Of a stretch of 64,000 nt of DNA, positions 42,619 through 55,400 are shown piece by piece. Positions within the stretch are counted from its first letter, which is position 1; every line of letters begins with the position of its first letter. The translations under genes were made by a program, and so were the position numbers. This DNA comes from Macrostomum lignano. Its lineage: Eukaryota. The notes below the pieces were generated by a model. The model saw only the letters and a program-made list of their open reading frames with translations. It had not been told where the DNA came from and did no database searches. The stretch is from the NCBI GenBank assembly GCA_002269645.1, contig NIVC01000412.1, positions 310,001-374,000 on the forward strand, given 5' to 3'.

Positions 42619-43059
42619 GAAGACTCAATAAGCGCCTTGTCTGATTTTAAGCACGCAAGTCAGAGGCCAGTTGGGGGCAGCCACAGCATCTCTTCTATAA
42701 AGCTACAGGCTTACAGGGTCAGGTCGAATCGGTGCCTTTCAATTTTCGCCATTGGCGAAGCTTGAATAGAAAATTCGACTTAGCCATCGGATTGGACAGG
42801 AGAATCTCTAGCTTGACTGGCCTAGCAACTTGAGATTTCAGTCGAATGAGTCGGAATATCGCTCTCTTGGAAAGAGAAAGGGGAAATAATCCCACGGGGT
42901 CAGGGTTCAAGTAAAAAACTGTGGGCTGAAAAAAAATTTAGCTCAATCTGGCTGCTTCGAATAGAGGTCATGAGCTCGATTCCCGACGCGACCTCGAAAT
43001 CAAGGGCCGAATATTGGATATCGAAATGTGAGTCAGAAGCACACAAATAGGAGTCATGA

Positions 43060-43590
43060 AGCGCCATTTGTGAGAGTCAGGAGGCGTTGATTATAAGAGT
43101 CAGGAGGTGCCATTTTTAGGAGTCAGGAGGCGCCATTTTTAGGAGTCAAGAGTCGTTGATTATAAGAGTCAGGAGGCGCCATTTTTAAGAGTCAGAAGGC
43201 GCAATTTGTAGGGGTCAGGAGGCGTTGATTTTAAGAGTCAGGAGGCGCCATTTTTAGGAGTCAGGAGGCGCCATTTTTAGGGGTCAGGAGGCGCCATTTT
43301 TAGGGGTCAGGAGACGCCATTTTTAGGAGTCAGAAGCCGCCATTTGTAGGAGTCAGGAGACGCCATTTGTAAGAGTCAGGAGGCGCCATTTGTAGGAGTC
43401 AGGAGGCGCCATTTGTAAGAGTCAGGAGGCGCCATTTGTAAGAGTCAGGAGGCACCATTTGTAGGAGTCAGGAGGCGCCATTTGTAGGAGTCAGAAGGCG
43501 CCATTTGTAGGAGTCAGGAGGCGCCATTTGTAGGAGTCAGGAGGCGCCATTTGTAGGAGTTAAGAGGTGCCATTTATGAGATTTAGGAGG
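43060..43590. repeat. 23-bp minisatellite (AGGAGTCAGGAGGCGCCATTTGT)n
   Basis: Period 23 (43501 vs 43524). Confidence 0.96.
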
Positions 43591-44209
43591 CTACCAATAT
43601 TGAAACCCTTAAAAACTCTCAAGAAATCATTAAGTTGGCATCCTGATCTTGCCTACCGATATGTAGCGCAAAACGATTTCCTAACCAAGACAAATATTCC
43701 AAAACAACATGAGAAAAATACAATAAGATTTCAGTTTTTGTAGAAATTCGCTAAGCAAAGGACGACGATTCAAAAATAGAAACAAAAATGTCTCGGGTTC
43801 AGGTCAGTCTGGGTTCAGACGGAGTGGAATAGGAATGGGGAAGAGAACTGTGGAGCAAAGGAGGGGGATGAGGAGAGTGCGAGGGCGGCAGTGCAGACAG
43901 AGACACGTCATCCTTCTGCGCAGCAACTGCACTGGTCTTGTGAAATTGGAAATTTCCCTATGGCATAAACAGTCTGCAGTCGGCTTCCCCTATTTCGATA
44001 AGCCACTTCCCTGCACTACCCAAACGCGTGGCTATAGTGGTCCCCAGAGCTTTCTGTTAAGGAGATAAGAGCCTTTAGTATGGATGGAACCTATCAACTT
44101 TTACTTTATTTTCTCTTATCTGTGGCCACAGCAACAGCTGTTAACTGTAGGAGACCCTGGAAGACTGTTGCAGCTTGGCCTGGGAGTGTGAAGTCGAAAA
44201 AAGGATTGG

Positions 44210-44780
44210 TGGGCGCTAAAATGGTTTTGAATGGCGCCAAATCAGTTTGGATGGCGCCAAATCAGTTTGAATGGCGTCAAATCAGTTTGGGTGGCTCCAA
44301 ATCAGTTTGGGTGGCTCCAAATCAGTTTGAATGGCGCCAAATCAGTTTGGGTGGCTCCAAATCAGTTTGGGTGGCTCCAAATCAGTTTGAATGGCGCCAA
44401 ATCAGTTTGGATGGCGCCAAATCAGTTTGGATGGCGCCAATTCAGTTTGGATGGCGCCAAATCAGTTTGGATGGCTCCAAATCAGTTTGAATGGCGCCAA
44501 ATCAGTTTGGATGGCGCCAAATCAGTTTGGATGGCGCCAATTCAGTTTGGATGGCGCCAAATCAGTTTGGATGGCTCCAAATCAGTTTGGGTGGCTCTAA
44601 ATCAGTTTGGAAGGCGCCAAATCAGTTTGAATGGCGTCAAATCAGTTTGGATGGCGTCAAATCAGTTTGCGTGGCTCCAAATCAGTTTTGATTACGCCAA
44701 ATCAGTTTGGATGGCGCCAAATCAGTTTGGATTACGCTAAATCAGTTTGGATGGCGCCAAATCAGTTTGGATGGCGCCAA
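44210..44780. repeat. 20-bp minisatellite (GGCGCCAAATCAGTTTGGAT)n
   Basis: Direct reading. Confidence 0.98.
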
Positions 44781-45274
44781 TATCTAATATAGTGTCGTGA
44801 AAGCCGTTATTCCACTACTTGCATTATTGCCTTGGCTCAGGAAGTGACGTAACACATAGGGCTATGGAGCAGAGGCAGGGAGAGAGTTGACAGCAGCGAC
44901 AAGGCAGAGAGGGGGATCTATCAAAACACCGGGGCCATTGCCAGCGCCATAACTTTTGTAAACACCCAGCGGGGGGCCGTGCCGTGCCTGTAGCGAGTAA
45001 GCTGTATAGGGAAAATCAGATGGGATTTTTGTGGAAGGGGATAAACAGAACTTCTGTTGACAGCATGAGTCACTCAGGGGTGGGAGCGCACGGCACACGC
45101 AGGTTGCAGCACTGCTGCAGTGGCAGTCGACCGTATGACCAATTCGTTCTGAATTGATGATGTAAAATATACAATAAAATATTATATTTATTAATGTACT
45201 ACGGTTTCTTTTTAATTTGGGATTTTTCTTCTTGGGGGAGGAAAACTTAGTATACGGTTTAGTTCCGTTTAGAG

Positions 45275-46395
45275 GGAGGCGCCAAATGCAGTTTAGAGAG
45301 AGGCGCCAAATGCAGTTTAGAGAGAGGCGCCAAATGCAGTTTAGAGAGAGGCGCCAAATGCAGTTTAGAGAGAGGCGCTAAATGCAGTTTAGAGAGAGGC
45401 GCCAAATGCAGTTTAGAGAGAGGCGCCAAATGTTGTTTAGGGAGAGGCGCCAAATGCAGTTTAGAGAGAGGCGCCAAATGCAGTTTAGGGAGAGGCGCCA
45501 AATGTTGTTTAGGGAGAGGCGCCAAATGCAGTTTAGAGAGAGGCGCCAAATGTTGTTTAGGGAGAGGCGCCAAATGCAGTTTAGGGATAGGCGCCTAATG
45601 CAGTTTAGAGAGAGGCGCCAAATGTTGTTTAGGGAGAGGCGCCAAATGCAGTTTAGAGAGAGGCGCCAAATGTTGTCTAGGGAGAGGCGCCAAATGCAGT
45701 TTAGGGATAGCCGCCTAATGCAGTTTAGAGAGAGGCGCCAAATGCAGTTTAGAGAGAGGCGCCAAATGCAGTTTAGAGAGAGGCGCCAAATGCAGCTTAG
45801 GGAGAGGCGCCAAATGCAGCTTAGGGAGAGGCGCCAAATGCAGCTTAGGGAGAGGCGCCAAATGCAGCTTAGGGAGAGGCGCCAAATGCAGCTTAGGGAG
45901 AGGCGCCAAATGCAGCTTAGGGAGAGGCGCCAAATGCAGCTTAGGGAGAGGCGCCAAATGCAGCTTAGAGAGAGGCGCCAAATGTTGTTTAGGGAGAGGC
46001 GCCAAATGCAGTTTAGGGATAGGCGCCTAATGCAGTTTAGAGAGAGGCGCCAAATGCAGTTTAGAGAGAGGCGCCAAATGCAGCTTAGGGAGAGGCGCCA
46101 AATGCAGCTTACGGAGAGGCGCCAAATGCAGCTTAGGGAGAGGCGCCAAATGCAGCTTAGAGAGAGGCGCCAAATGTTGTTTAGGGAGAGGCGCCAAATG
46201 CAGTTTAGGGATAGGCGCCTAATGCAGTTTAGAGAGAGGCGCCAAATGCAGTTTAGAGAGAGGCGCCAAATGCAGCTTAGGGAGAGGCGCCAAATGCAGC
46301 TTAGGGAGAGGCGCCAAATGCAGCTTAGGGAGAGGCGCCAAATGCAGCTTAGGGAGAGGCGCCAAATGCAGCTTAGAGAGAGGCGCCAAATGCAG
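45275..46395. repeat. 24-bp minisatellite (AGGCGCCAAATGCAGTTTAGAGAG)n
   Basis: 8-aa periodicity MQFRERRQ. Confidence 0.98.
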
Positions 46396-46596
46396 TTTTT
46401 CTCAATGCCGTTAAGCAGTAAAATAAGTACACGCATATATCGGCTAACAAAAATGCGTTTTTTCTATAATTTATATACTACTGATGAATAAAATACAAGT
46501 AGCCCTATTGAGCATTTAAGTCAAACTATACATCAGCTTGTTATTCTACAGTAAGAACTTATTTTATTAATAGGTAAAAATCTGGATGATATTAAG

Positions 46597-47112
46597 GTGG
46601 GTAGACGGGGAGTGGGTAGACGGGGAGTGGGTAGACGAGGAGTGGGTAGATGGGGAGTGGGTAGATGGGGAGTGGGTAGATGGGGAGTGGGTAGATGGGG
46701 AGTGGGTAGATGGGGAGTGGGTAGACGGGGAGTGGGTAGATGGGGAGTGGGTAGACGGGGAGTGGGTAGACGGGGAGTGGGTAGATGGGGAGTGGGTAGA
46801 TGGGGAATGGGTAGAGGGGGAGTGGGTAAATGGGGAGTGGGTAGACGGGGAGTGGGTAGATGGGGAGTGGGTAGATGGGGAGTGGGTAGATGGGGAGTGG
46901 GTAGACGGGGAGTGGGTAGACGGGGAGTGGGTAGACGGGGAGTTGGTAGATGGGGAGTGGGTAGACGGGGAGTGGGTAGATGGGGAGTGGGTAGATGGGG
47001 AGTGGGTAGACGGGGAGTGGGTAGACGGGGAGTGGGTAGACGGGGAGTGGGTAGACGGGGAGTGGGTAGATGGGGAGTGGGTAGATGGGGAGTGGGTAGA
47101 CGTGAAGTGGGT
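46597..47112. repeat. 15-bp G-rich minisatellite (GGGTAGATGGGGAGT)n
   Basis: 5-aa periodicity WVDGE. Confidence 0.98.
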
Positions 47113-47479
47113 AGCGAAAGGGTGTTTGCAATAATAATGATCAGCAGTTTCATTTAACCTGCTGCTTTAAGGCGCAATTAGCGAGAAAACGATAACGAGT
47201 CGATTGGAGTGGAAGCAAGTCAGAAAAAACTACACTGCATAGAAAGTTCAGCATTGCTCCGGCTCTCTATAATACTATAGCCAAGTATCCACTATTAGGG
47301 TCAGACAGTCCGATTCACTCTCGAAGAGGGTTCAAAGCGAAGAGGGGCTGCATTATTTTTCTTTGCGACCCTGTACGCAACCGCCAAGTTCTGTGTGCAT
47401 GGCTGTGCCTTTTACCGCTTTGCCTGGCTTAGGGATTTTATTACCTGCATATCGGCTGCGGCAGATGCTGCACCAATCC

Positions 47480-47480
<1 letters not shown>

Positions 47481-47552
<72 letters not shown>

Positions 47553-47985
47553 TTCTGTCTGTCTCCTAAGTAATTGTCGTAGTGTCTAGTGTCTGTCTCA
47601 GGTCTCAGTGTCTCAGTGCCTGTCTCAGTGTCTGTCTCAGTGTCTGTCTAAGTGTCTGTCTCAGTGCCTGTCTTAGTGCCTGTCTCAGTGCCTGTCTCAG
47701 CCTCTCAGTGCCTGTCTCAGTGCCTGTCTCAGTGCCTATCTCAGTGCCTGTCTCAGTGCCTGTCTCAGTGCCTGTCTCAGTGCCTGTCTCAGCCTCTCAG
47801 TGCCTGTCTCAGTGCCTGTCTCAGTGCCTGTCTCAGTGCCTGTCTCAGTGCCTGTCTCAGTGCCTGTCTCAGTGCCTGTCTTACAGTGCCTGTCTTACAG
47901 TGCCTGTCTCAGTGCCTGTCTCAGTGCCTGTCTCAGTGCCTGTCTCAGTGTCTGTCTCACTGTCCGTCTCAGTGTCTGTCCGTCT
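47481..47985. repeat. (GTCT)n followed by a 12-bp (CAGTGCCTGTCT)n array
   Basis: Direct reading. Confidence 0.96.
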
Positions 47986-49306
47986 TAGGGTTGATTTTAA
48001 AACAAAAAAGCAAAATCTACACCGTTTATTATAACGTTACGAAATTAAAAATAAAATTATTTTATTCTTTAAAACAAAAAATACTGTGTAAATAAATGGT
48101 ACGTATTTACTTAATCATTAACTTAAATGAGCATCTGTGAATTTAAAATAATTCTTAATTTTCCCTTACCTTCAATCTCTTGTAGCTTCTTGCAAGATCT
48201 TCACTTTATAATCGACCTCTTCTGAATCTGACTCAGCTGACTCAAACTTGTACGTTAATAAAAATAGAAGAAAGGCATTACGCAACACAGGAAATTTAAT
48301 CCCTATGCAATTGTTTTAGTCTCTCCCTCTGTTCTCCCTAACCTGGCCTAGCTGCTCAGCTCAATCGATTTGGAGCAGGGAAATGCTTTATCGTTGAAAA
48401 ATGGCAAACTTAAAAAAGGCTTGCTTTAACCTTCGTTCCGTTTCGTCTTGGACGTCGAGGCGGGGGGGGGGGCAATTGGGGCGCAAATATCGAACACCAT
48501 CGCATCGGATTCGCGAAGCAGAGCTGGGTTTGGGCTGGTGGGGTGGTGGGGCGGCGGGCCGCCCGCCCCCAACCCACCCCAACAAGCTACAATGTACATT
48601 GCTGGGGGGAGCATTCTTGCGCAATGTACATTTTGCCAGGCCAGCATTAAACGAAGGGCTACTTTTACAACACACAATATGGTCGGGGGCATGAGGGGGG
48701 GGGCAGAGAGGCGAACAGATGATGGGTGAGCCAAGCTTGACTGGGGAAACCCGACCCCGCGAGTGTTCTGAAGGAGTAAGCAGACCGGCGGGTGGGTTAG
48801 GATTAGGAAAGGCAAAGAGGGAGGATTCCCAGTTGCAGCCATTCTTGTGTTCAGTCTGGGTATTAAACGCGATGAGTCACCGACATCGTTACAGGGGTAG
48901 GGGAGATATTAAACCCTGAATTTCTGTCCCGCTATTAGGAGAATTGGAAAATTTATAACTATTTATCCAAATACCAACCTCATCGAACAAGGGTTCGTAA
49001 TGATACATGTATCTTGCAAAGAATTTTTTACTGTATTATTTAGTTCTCTACAATGCCAGGACTTTGGCTTTGTCCTTAAATTAAAAGTATGTATTCAACA
49101 TATATTTTTTAGTTTAACTTGAGAAAAAGAGTGAAAAGGCGATTTCGCCATAGTTATTCTGATTTTAGTAGTAGATAGCGCATACGTGGGTAAAACAAGA
49201 GACTACAAGTCTGAAATTGATAAATTTTTTGATTATCACTTATTTGATTATCAATTATCAATTATTATCAATTTGATTATCAATTTTTTGATGGATGAAG
49301 AAACAA

Positions 49307-49418
<112 letters not shown>

Positions 49419-49426
49419 CCCGGCCC

Positions 49427-52400
49427 TCAGTCAGGCAGGAGTAGCCAGCGCAGCGGGTTTGGGCACTGGCAGACGGCCCTCAGCTTGTCGCCGGCCATCC
49501 AATCAGCCAGACCGCTGAGCTTCAGTCTGGCCGCATACCCGGAGTTGTTCGGCTCATCAGAGATCCACAGAGTGGAGTTCACCTGAGTGCAGGCAGGGTG
49601 CGGTGCGGTGTACACATGTAACTTGCTCAACTATCAGCTTATTGAATCATAAACTCAATCACAAACTCATGAACTCGCAAACTCACTAATGGACTCACTA
49701 AGCTGATAAAATCATCTGTTAGGCGTGAGAACTCACCTCTCCGCCGCACGAGGCCCACACCCAGGCGGTTCCCGCGGCATTCTTCCTGGCAGCCACCCAG
49801 AGCTCCTCGGCGGCCACAATCGAGGTCGAATTGCTTTCCGGACTCAGAGCGCCGACCGAGCGCAGAGCGTCAGCCAGGGCTTCCTGAGGCCGCGGTCCGT
49901 CAATCTGGGCCAGCCTGCTGAGGCCAGCCGATCCCAGAGAGGCGCAGGCGGCCTGCTGCTCCTCAAAGCTGCCAGTCGCCTCGGTGCGCAGGTACACCAT
50001 GGCATTGTCAGAGTTGCCAGAGGCCGGCTGCACAAACCGGAAGCCGAGGCAAAGGTCCGGTCGAATGTAGGCGGTTACAATGGCAGCGTGTGCAGCGCAC
50101 CTGTCCGGAGTCATGGTCAGCCAAGGTGGCTGGCTGCATGCATTGAACTGCAGCAGGCGGCAGGAGAGCAGCTCGAGCTCAGCAATGAAGCCCTGCGTGG
50201 TGAGCACGATGGGCCAGTGATTGAAAAAAACGTTATAGAATGAAGCTGCAGTCTAATTGGAAACCGGCAAGGTCAAGCAAAGTTCCGACAAAATTTCGCA
50301 GTTGCTCTGTGTCTTTAGTGTACTTTTTAGATGAGGCTTATCGACTGCATTTGTCAAATTTCACTCTCTAAATTTACTTTGTAGAATCTGTGCTCAATGC
50401 TGCAGTTGACATCCATTGTGCAAACTCTGTTAGATTCATTTTTCCCGTAAATAAACCTAGGGTAGTCTTGATAATTTGAGCGAAATTCACTCCGATTGTG
50501 AAACTCAAACAATAAATCTATGCATGTAGCAGCTCTTTACACTGTAGAGAGTTTGTATGAGTTTGTAAACAAATTGTCTTAGCAACTGCGCAGACCCTGA
50601 ATATCATGAAACCAGACGGGGTTTTTCCCAGTGTGTTCAGTTTTTGTGAACGCTGCAAAATGGTGGATGGATCTTATATTGACATTAAAAGTATCGTAGT
50701 CGTCTGTTAAATTGTCAACCGTATTTGCATGGCTAATGCATTTTTTACTCGTCAGCCGATTTTAAGCCTGATTGTACCATGACTTTTGTGCCCGCTGGGC
50801 ACTTATTCTTGCCTTTTAATGCCATAGACTATATTTAAGCCCGCTTGCAGGACTTTAATGCTTTAAACTTACTTTAATGCAAATAAGCGGGCAGTTAATG
50901 ACATTTAACGCCCGATTGTCTATGTCAAACTTACTTTAATGCAAATTAGCGGGCAGTTAATGACATTTAACGCCCGATTGTCTATGTCAAACTTACTTTA
51001 ATGCAAATAAGCGGGCAGTTAATGACATTTAACGCCCGATTGTCTATGTCAAACTTACTTTAATGCAAATTAGCGGGCAGTTAATGACATTTAACGCCCG
51101 ATTGTCTATGTCAAACTTACTTTAATGCAAATTAGCGGGCAGTTAATGACATTTAACGCCCGATTGTTTATGTCAAACTTAATTTAATGCAAATTAGCGG
51201 GCAGTTAATGACATTTAACGCCCGATAATTCTGTCCCACTTTGTCAAGGACACAAATGTCCATGGCACAATAATAGTAATACCCATGCTTTGCGGGCGTA
51301 CTATTAAATAGGCGCCTTCATTGTGGTTACATAGATTCGTTGCCTGAAATGCTGTGGCTCATGGGGGGTTTCTGAGATGCCAAGGGTCAATATTATTGGT
51401 AGAATTGTGGGTAGGCCAAGCATCAAAGGGAGAGAGTATAGGGTTATGCCATGACTTGAAGCAGAGGCCGGCAAATGTTTTGCCTTAAGAGCAAGGTAAA
51501 GAACAAAGAGAATGACTGTGAGCCAGAGGGGGGAGAGAAGAGGAAATAGGAGAAAGGAGAGGCCAGAAGGGGGAGAAGAAAGGAGAGAAGATGAGAGAAG
51601 AGGAGAGACGAGAGAAAAGAGAGCAGAGAGAGGAGAAGAGACACAAACCTTGAGCGGGCCGAATTGTTATCGGGAAGTTTCAAAGGATCTGAGGGCCGGA
51701 TAGAAGAGCTTTTAACCCCCGGCTTAAAAGCTCTCAGGGGATGCTTTTTTCCTTAAATTTTTTTTCTAAGATACTAATAAGCAATAGCGACTGTCAAGGT
51801 AAAAAGCTGCATTAAGTTTATTAAAAAAACTACTCCTTTCGTTGTCGCCTCCCTAACGGGGGCGTAGATTGGTAGTCCACTTATACTAAAAATGATTTGC
51901 CTCTCAGGTATCTAGATAGTATAGTAGGTATGTTATTGATTTAAGACAAACGGTTTAATCGATTTTCATGAAAGTTGCACTGGTCGATTAGAAATTTATT
52001 TGTTAAAAGTTTAAAAAAAAATTTATAAGTTGCAACCTTGGAAAAAAACAAATGCGAATGTCCAATATTGGTAATTTTGTACTAAAATAACTATCCAATT
52101 GATGAATTTCGCAGCAAAAATTGGTCTTCAACGAAATGTACAAGAAATGTACTGCTCCCTTCTGAATGTACAATCCCAGTTTCGCTAAGAAAGACGCCAT
52201 CTACACGGGGATTCACTTGGAAAGGTCAAGTAATATCGAGCACGTAAAGAGTTCAAACAGACTCAGCTTCAGATTTTCCCCGAGGAACATGATCTTGTTT
52301 AATTTCTCTCATCAAAGCTTTCGCCATGGAAGTTAAACCATTTGGGCCTGCGCGCATTTAATTCAAGATACGTTTGCCAATGTAATGGAGCTTTTGGTAG

Positions 52401-55400
52401 CGATATGGTAGCTATGGTAGCAAGGCTGGCACAGCAGGCATTCAACTTGGTCCAACAAGCATCAATTTGGTCCATAGCTTCATTTGCAACTGCTGCGGAG
52501 TAAGATCAGCCCAGAATTTTGGACCATGTGCCAGGCTGTCAAACGAATGTCATTGGCTTGTGATCGAAGCACTCGACAGAAGTGAACACCCAAAGGGCAT
52601 TGCAAGGCTGCTGAATGTAAAAGAAAAGATGGTTTACAGCATCCATCAGTGCGTTGAAACTCTCCTGGCAGAGATCGCCTGCGAAGGGGTGGCAATCGCC
52701 AAGGCAAGTTGCTCGAGAGCCTCAGGTCCAACTGCTACTCGATGCAGTTGAGACGAACCCTTTGTTGACGGTGTAGAAATGCAGCAGAAGTTGAAGGAAC
52801 AGTTCTAGTTGGCTATCAAATTTCGACTATCGGCAGCCAGAGCTCTGGAAAAGCGACTGACGGGTAGAGACGCTGACATTCCAGCGGTACGCAACAACCT
52901 GCATGCAGACGGTTGCGAGGGGCATGAATTTGCCGAATGGCTCACGAGCGTTTGGACCAAATTGATGCTTGTTGGACCAAATTACATGTAAATTCTGCTA
53001 TGCCAAGCCTTGCTGCCATAGACAAAAGCTCCGTTGCATTGACGTACGTATCTTGGATTAAATTCAATGTAGGATTCATACATCGATGTATGAATCCTAC
53101 ATTGTATCACGCTGGCTTAATACTTTAGATGGCGCGTTAGATGCACGCTCAGTTAATTTGTCTTAACCATAGACAAAAATGCGTGAAAGGCACGCAAGTT
53201 GATTGAGTGTTGCGAAGAAGGGAATAAGAAGCTGTTAAATTAAAATCACTTGTGAGAGAATATGGCTGAGCCACCAACTAAAGTCAGACTTCTGAATCTG
53301 AGCAAATTTCCAAACGAAATGATTTCCGGCTTGTCCACCAATGAGATTGACGACATTCTGAACGAGCCTGATAATCTACCGGAGTCGGCAATTGATCGAG
53401 AAGAGGAGGATCTTCTGGAGGCAATTTTCAAGAAGATACCTGACGAAGAAGCTGAACTACTTGAATTGGAACAGCTCGTTTCCGAAATCGAGGACACTGC
53501 TGCTAGTAAAAGTGTGACAAAGGCTACCGAATATTATGTCGGTAAGTTGCAGAGCTTCATGGAGAACCATCCGTCAGTTCAGCGTGATTTGGCGACTTCT
53601 ACACCGCGCGAGATCGACAGTCTATTGCGATACTTCTATGGCTCACTTCGCAAGAGGAATGGCGAATACTTTGCTCCAGCCACGTTGATTTGTATCCGAG
53701 CTGCGCTCTACCGGCATTTCATGTTGACAAGGCGAATCAATATTCTAACTGACGACGCATTCTATGCTTCCAATACGACACTGAAGTCAATGGGCAGAAT
53801 CTTCATTGCCCGAGGCGGACGCGCCCGACACTTCCAATCGATCGAGCCTGTTGATCTGAAGAGGCTGTCTGACTACTTCAATCGGAAATCTCCAGAGGTG
53901 CTACTCACTTTCCGTGCATTACACGCACGCGTTAGACGCACGCTTGTTGCCTTTACTCAGATAGAAAATTGCCATAGACACCTACATTAGACGCACAGTA
54001 AATCGTGCATCTAACGCGCGCCAGCGTGATACAATGCACGTAGGCCCAAATGGGCTGCAGAAAGCTATATTTTTCCAAGAATTATAACAATTAATTGCAG
54101 GCACATTTTCACAGAGTATCATATGCAGTCCGTAGTTTTCTCGTATAAAAAGCCAATAAAATATTGCTTTTAGAAAAAGCCTAAGAATAAATAATTCATA
54201 CGGGTATGTAGAAACCAATGGCTAAAACTTTTGGAATTCCGCACCTTGGAGAAGCAGAAATTTCATGGAAAATCTCACCCTTATAACCCGAGACTTCAAA
54301 TGTACGCTTATAAGACGTGTTGGTTCTCGACAGTTCTTAACTTCTTAGCATAATCTTCAAGTCCGCTAAACAGTAGGAGCGTTAAATAAATAAAAAATTA
54401 AGGCGATGCGAATTTTAGGTGTTGCGAAGTTTATGCGTTACTATAGCAACCTGTGCACCTCGTTGAGGGGGCAAAAAGGAAATAAAAGATATTTTGGAAT
54501 AAAGTACTTCGTAAATGTCAGGTTTTTTTACCTTGTGGTCTCTTTTTAATTAGTATCTTAAAGGAGAATGATGTATGTAGCCTAATATATCAGCTGAAAT
54601 GTCTTATCAGATATCAGATAAGACATCTCAGCAATTCTCCCCAAGTTCCACAGCAGCGATTCCCCCATGAGTCTTTTATGGTTGACACAGCGCAATTCTT
54701 TTATAGGGCTTTAAGATCCGACAGAATGGGCCGCATAGAAGACGCCAAGCCCTGCATGGAGCGGCAAAGTGAGGCGAGGCCATCAGATTAAGGTATTAAA
54801 GTGGCACAAAAAGCAGATAGAGCAAATAGATAGAACAATAGAGGCCTACAATGGAATGCAACAGCTCGTGACAGAACTGTAGCAGCCGCCATCCATTCCA
54901 TACGGAAGACAAAGGCGAGGCGGCAGACTGAAACGAGGCAGTAGATAGGCAAAGCCAGCCGGAGAAGACTAATGAGCGCTGCGGGAGCCCGACAATTGCC
55001 CGCAATCAAACCCTATCAAAACGTTTCGATGGTAACTGCATATCAAATGCATATTCTTATTGTAGCTTTTCCTTTCTATATACAGCCATGGGTACATCTG
55101 TGAGCTATTAATTCATGTTCATACATGTCATGCCGTTTTGTTCCCTAAATCTCTTCATTAAGACTTAATAAGCATAAGAAGGCAACGCTGACAAAATCTT
55201 GGCGGGAAAAAGTCGGCGGGAAAATCTCCTGCGGGCAATTCTCATGGACTCCCATTACCAATAGTCTAACCAAGCCAGAAAGAAGATTTTAACACCGGAG
55301 ACGAAAATGGTCTTACGTCTTTTATGATTGACAGGGCGCTTCTACTACGGTTGACATGGCGTTAAGGTGCCATGAAGTCTAGTAGGTTTAATGAAAGTGG

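Larger units (their letters stand above)
52338..54053. mobile_element. Composite palindromic element: outer TIRs, two TIR-flanked cassettes and a central 40-bp perfect palindrome
   Basis: Outer ends CCATTTGGGCCTGCGCGCATT / AATGCACGTAGGCCCAAATGG; cassette X 52356-53063; palindrome 53065-53104; cassette Y 53100-54036. Confidence 0.8.

Noticed and set aside
44080-45140. Signal-peptide-like ORF start MDGTYQLLLYFLLSVATATA and Cys-rich frames at 44830-45140
   Set aside because: I could not build a phase-consistent multi-exon model; the candidate downstream frames hit stops quickly.
47270-48250. Minus-strand micro-exons (GTAAG donors at ~48168 and ~47440)
   Set aside because: All three frames are partly open and give different peptides with no recognisable domain; needs RNA evidence.
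54700-55080. Hydrophobic minus-strand ORF 54788-55009
   Set aside because: Non-ATG start, lies within the PAN-CTL intron, and has no supporting features.
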